Position numbers and translations under genes: made by a program
Shown here: piece by piece, positions 58,674-64,000 of the stretch
How the letters are laid out: each line of letters opens with the position of its first letter
Numbering within the stretch: the first letter of the stretch is position 1
Assembly: GCA_964035545.1 (NCBI GenBank)
Contig: OZ037765.1
Span: 22,629,504-22,693,503 of the forward strand
Direction of reading: 5' to 3'
DNA: 64,000 nucleotides
Origin: Bugula neritina
Lineage: Eukaryota > Animalia > Bryozoa
The notes under the pieces: generated by a model
The model's database searches: none
What the model was told of the DNA's origin: nothing
What the model saw: the letters and a program-made list of their open reading frames with translations, nothing else

Positions 58674-59879
58674 GGTAATAATAAATGCTTAACAAATTCC
58701 AAGTTTTTAAGAAAAGCTGATTGATTGGTTTCATAATTCTAGTCTAAAGTAATTAAACTTCACCAGTTAGTTATTTGCGTCTCTCAATCGAAGTTGTTCA
58801 TCTACTTTCAATAATAACGTTCCAACATTTGATGCACTTGAATAAATCTTTAAAGTCTTCATGTTTTCAATTCCTCAAAAATGAGTAATTGATTGATTGA
58901 AAAAAAATTGGCAATGCTATATGAGGAAAAAAGTTTCACATTAAACAGATATACTCTTACTTCAAATATGCTACGTCTTACTAAGTCATTCCTATGTTTG
59001 TATTTATAGTTATTCAGGGCAATGAACTGGTGTCTACAATCTTTGCATAACATAAATAATCAAATCATAAAAACTTGGCTGCATAAAATGTTTACAAATA
59101 ATGTTTGTTTCAATCAAAATTCATTTATATGCCACTTTTTATGCTTTCATTAAATACACTATTATATACAGAAGTTGTCTTTTCATTGAATCATTGATGA
59201 AGTTTATTCTGTTGAAGCAATAATTTACTGGACAAAAGTAAGAAAGTATAGATGGCTAAAAGAATTCAGTTAGTCATATCATGCAGCTGCCTTACTAAAT
59301 ACTAAAAATATTCATGAGAATTGTGCGCTCTTGCTGGAAAATGTCAACCATGAGGACTAGAAGTAAATTTGGAGAACAGCTAACAATTAGTATAGCAGTG
59401 GTAATGTCAATTAATTCTGCTTTTGCATATTATATACCATAGTTTATAGCCTTTAATAACAAAATATATTTTGATTCAATTTATCAACAGTGTCAAGCCC
59501 AGCAACTAAAAGGCAGGTTTTTATTTTGCCAAAAATATGCTACTGGGTTAAAAGAATATTATGATATTTTTAGTTTGTTACGATAGATGTGTGGTTTAGT
59601 TACAATAGATTACAATGGGTGATTAAGTTTTTAAACTTATCGTACTCTTCTTTCAGGGGTTTTAAAATTCTTGGGAAGATTATTTAAAATGAAAGCCTAG
59701 CAAGCTCCATATAGTATTAGATTTAGCTTATACTGCAGCCAAGTACATATACAGTACAGTGCTTGTACACGTTGTTTAGCAACAATCTGCTAGAGGTTTA
59801 CTATCAACACTAGCTGCACACCGTAACTGTAATCAAAGATAGCAAAATTAGATCTATAAATTACTTAAAGAAACATTTT

Positions 59880-60025
59880 AGACAGTATTATAATCTCAAT
59901 TTAGACAGGTATATATAGTATAGATTCATAGACAGTAATGTAATAAGGATTTATATACAGTAATATCATACCAATTTATAGACAGTAATATAATAGGAAT
60001 TGATAGACAACAATAGAATATAAAT
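59880..60025 (+). repeat. Degenerate ~26-bp tandem repeat (TAGACAGTAATATAATA...)
   Basis: TAGACAGT-like motif recurs about 6 times at near-regular spacing. Confidence 0.55.
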
Positions 60026-60450
60026 TTACGTGCAATAACATAGCAACCAGCAATTAATATATCTTGTTAATTTTAAAAATTATAAGGTCAAGAATTTTAA
60101 TGGGGCAGAAATTACATTGAAATACATTTAGAATAAAAATCACTTTAAGGTGTTCTTCTTTACTGTATATTTTTATTTTTAAATTTAAAATAACAATCAG
60201 CAAAAATTTATTATAAGTAGCAAATCCTGTTTGCGCTATCAAGAGTTTGAAAAATTTTACTTTGAGTACATCTTGTCTGCATGCAGCTAAATCACTTGTT
60301 ATATACAAAACCTTACACTGTACCAACGGCTTGTTTTATTGGCTGGGAGTTAGTGTTTTATAGACTCAAGTTTAATTAATTTCAACTAATTAGTTGATTC
60401 TATGTTTGAATTTTAAGGTTCATAAAATAGTTTCATTCTACGATTAGCCA

Positions 60451-60673
60451 TATTACACAGCACTACACAGCACTACACAACAATACACAACACTACACAG
60501 CACTACACAACACTACATAACACTACACAACACTACACAACACTACACAGCACTACACAGCAACACTACACAACACTACACAACACTACACAGCACTACA
60601 CAACAATACACAGCACTATATACAGCACTATACAACACTACACAGCACTACACAGCACTATACAGCACTACAG
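60451..60673 (+). repeat. 10-bp minisatellite (CACTACACAG/A)n, ~21 copies
   Basis: Read directly from the sequence. Confidence 0.97.
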
Positions 60674-62133
60674 CTTATCGTCAGAACAAAATAAATTGCT
60701 ATCATTACTCGATTCCCACCAAGACTTTCTGATCAGTGACTAAATTGCTTGTCAGTTCCTTACCTGGACATAATCTCTTTTTCAGAATAGTTCTCAAAGA
60801 AATGAAATTGATCTACTCAGCTCCAAAATATTGCTGTATGAAACTTTTCCAAGTAGTTTGTGCAGTACAAGTTATTCAATACATTAACTGTAATATTCAC
60901 AGTTTTGATTCGAATTTTTATATGACCTTAGTTTGATCATCACATGTTTGCTTCCATGTAAATACAGTTACGTTAACGTAAAAACTTATATTGTATATTT
61001 AACATATATTATACGTAAATTGAACAATTAAAAAGGCATATTTTCTAAAGTTGGTGCATGCTACGCTAAACATTTTAGCTGTTTTTTAAGAAAAGATAGC
61101 AATAAATTTATCAGGGCTTAACTACTTTAAAGCTGATAAAAATTACTTCAAATGAGTCCTTATATTTTCAAAAGCAAATAAAGATAAAGGTTATAAAATT
61201 TTTACCTCAAGTTTGAAAAGGTGCAAAACCAATTCCTATTAATTGTTGGCCACATTAGGTTTCTAATGAGCGACTAATATAGACAAGAAAAATATTTAAA
61301 ATTTTTTGAAATGTTGCTCATAATACTATATTATGTGCCTAGGAAAATCTATGCCAACAATTGGTTAGTTTTTCAATAGCACTATTTTTTGCATGTCAAT
61401 TGTATATAATTGGAATAAAAACAATGGTTTCAATGGCAATGGAGCATCATTTGTCTAATAGCTAATTAGAAATAGATTTTACTGATTTAATGAGTAGCTG
61501 ATTTAATCTTGTGTGCTTTGCATATTATATAACATGTTATCATATTTCTATTATTCAGCCATAGTCATTAGCAATTATCACTTGTGACATAAAAATAAAT
61601 GTTACAGTAAGCCCATATCTGTGTAATATCTTTTAACTTTCCATTTTATTTTTGTCCAACTATCATGTGTTGATTAGAAATGAATATCAATAAATCAAAG
61701 TTGTGACATATAAATTTGTGTCGTTATACTGTCCGCCAGTAGAAAGAGCTTGCATATATAAGTAATGTGCTTGCTGAAGGACTCAGTTGTGAGCTGAATC
61801 TACTTACTTTACGACACCCAGTCTCCATGCTGATTTTATCTGCATTATAAGTCACTGGCCGTGACATCAGGAAAAAGAGCATTGCAATCTGTGGCTTAAA
61901 ATACTCACCCTTGGAGGACAGCGAGTGCGAGAGGGTGTGCTCTTCTATTGCATGGAATCAAAGCTGTATAAACTCTCCCAGCAAGTGCTTTGCGTGGCAG
62001 TTAGCGTTGATAATCCACGAGGACAAAGTGCTTCGCTGCTAATATTTTGAACGCAAGCAGTATTGCTGGAATACTACAACTGATGCTGACAGGTGCTCAT
62101 AAGTAAGAGACTAAGAAGTTATCTACAGGAAAC

Positions 62134-62254
62134 ATGGCAGCTGGACTTCAGCATCAGCAAAGTTTGGACAGTGTTTTGTCGTCATCAGAATCAGAGTGTA
62201 GATGGATAAGTGACCAGAAACTGTTAGACAAACAGTCCACATCCTCTTCCCCAG
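62134..62254 (+). CDS. Candidate first coding exon of the next downstream gene (possibly the next Hox gene)
   Basis: AACATGG start context, 40 open codons (MAAGLQHQQSLDSVLSSSESECRWISDQKLLDKQSTSSSP), strong donor CAG|GTATGT, GC-richer island 61.8-62.25 kb with TATAAA at 61967. No diagnostic motif; remainder of the gene not seen in the window. Confidence 0.35.
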
Positions 62255-64000
62255 GTATGTATGAGGTTTATTGTTTATATTTAGTAACCAGTGGCTAACA
62301 AGCAAAGCAATGTTCAAATACATGCATTAGTGAGATGCAACCCTGAACTGTGTTTATAGCAATTTGGCTCAGGATTTCTATAAATCTAGTATTATACTTA
62401 TATATTATACTATATTATAGTATTATCTTGAAATAAATTTGTTTGCATATGAACTTCCATCTATTAATAAAATATGTTGTGCTAAAATATAGCATTTTAA
62501 AAAACGCATGTTATCGAAATGTGGCACACCAAAATGTTGTATTAACATCGGTATAGACCTAATATAAGCCTAATTATGTTCATATATATAGCTTTATTAA
62601 AAAACCTGCTAACTGACTTTTGGTATAAACAACAAAACTATACATTTCTTCTGTTTTAAGTTTCAAAAACATCTACATACTAGAAGCTTACTTTTACATT
62701 ATTAGTAGTAATTGTGTTGTAGTATTCATGAAAAGCTTATATTTCATTACATACATTGTATGGAAATAGATGGTGTATTATGTACTTATAATATACAGTC
62801 TAGGAATGAATTCAAAACAAATAAATAATTATAAATGCACGTCAACATCAGTTGTCAAAAACTAATTGTAAAAATAGATAATCAAAATGTGAGCAAAGCG
62901 CTCTTTGAATGCAGGTTATAAATTTCTTAGCATTGCCTGCATATTATTTATGGTATTATAGAAAGGGTATTGGTTGTCCAAAAAATTATTTCTATCTGCA
63001 GTAAAAAATTAATAACCATTTTGTAAAAATAACGGTTACTTCAAATTGTTGAGAATATAGGTCTGTGCATACACAACAAATGAGTGATTATGAGTTGTTT
63101 AGGCTAAACTGTATCCATGTTGTATAAAATTTGGTTAAAGTTAAGAGCAATCAACAAATAGTAGCTAATAGTTTCAATAATACAACTGTGCAGCCATTGA
63201 ACTGGTAGTCTCAATGTTTCCATCAAACATATTAAAAAAAGATCTTTATGGAATTGATGTAACAGAATAATTTTAAAAAGCAACTTTGGAACTATCAAAT
63301 CTGTCTTTGTGTTGTTACATCAAAGCACACACAGCATATTCCAGGTATTGCACAATAGGAGATTTACTAGTAGCAATAACTTGGCTATAAACACTGTAGT
63401 TATCATTCTATCATGCCAAAAAGAAGACATGTTGTAATTACATCAAGATTTATTTGGTATTCTAGGTAAGCATTTACTTAGATAAGTAGATCAATACTTG
63501 CAAAGTAAAATAATTCCCACGGCTAAATTTTAAAATATTTAGTAAATGAATTAGTCCCAGGGATAAGCTTTTACGACACATGTAGTAATAAACTATGATA
63601 TTTAAGTTTAAAAAGCTGTATATAAAATACACTTGCTAGAGGCTCTATTGCATGTATTTTTCTTTTGTAATTGTTAATATTCATAATTATGAATGAATGT
63701 GATTTCTATGAGTTTTTGCGTTTCTTGATAATGAGTGGTAATAAATAAATTCATTTGTAAATTTTAAAGGTTTTACCCTTGATAAATGGAGCCTACTTAT
63801 AAATTAATTCAAATTTTAAATTAGAAACTGTAATTAAAATGCAATGGATTAATTGGTTCCTTTATAAAAAGTATTTTTACTATTTAGATAATACTGTGTT
63901 ATTACTAGTGTATCATGTTTAACTACTCAACCCAGTTGTCCGTATCAACTATATCTGCAGTGCTATGGACCCATAGAGCATGGTCTTTATTACCTTTCTT

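Noticed and set aside
60451-60673. Regular array considered as CRISPR-like
   Set aside because: Plain 10-bp minisatellite with no unique spacers, in a eukaryotic genome.

Overview
AT-rich animal DNA holding the posterior-to-central part of a lophotrochozoan (spiralian) Hox cluster. On the + strand, in canonical collinear order: Post2 (3832-7293), Lox5 (30422-33572, including a 26-nt first coding exon missing from the ORF track), a mir-10 hairpin (45509-45583) and Hox4/Dfd (52587-54889). A candidate first exon of the next gene lies at 62134-62254. I found no homeobox where Lox2, Lox4, Antp or Scr would be expected, so the cluster looks reduced; from memory this complement resembles bryozoans (inference, unverified). 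The Post2-Lox5 interval instead holds an intact, antisense three-exon MADF-BESS gene (15957-12566), a Harbinger-like MITE, a candidate divergent orphan gene with 11-aa repeats and a perfect fold-back next to an (AT)n tract. Also present: a tRNA-derived SINE family (3 copies plus a fragment, one with a 17-bp TSD), a second PIF/Harbinger MITE with a TAA TSD, and several tandem repeats. Splice models were built by hand from GT/AG signals and codon phase and have no transcript support.
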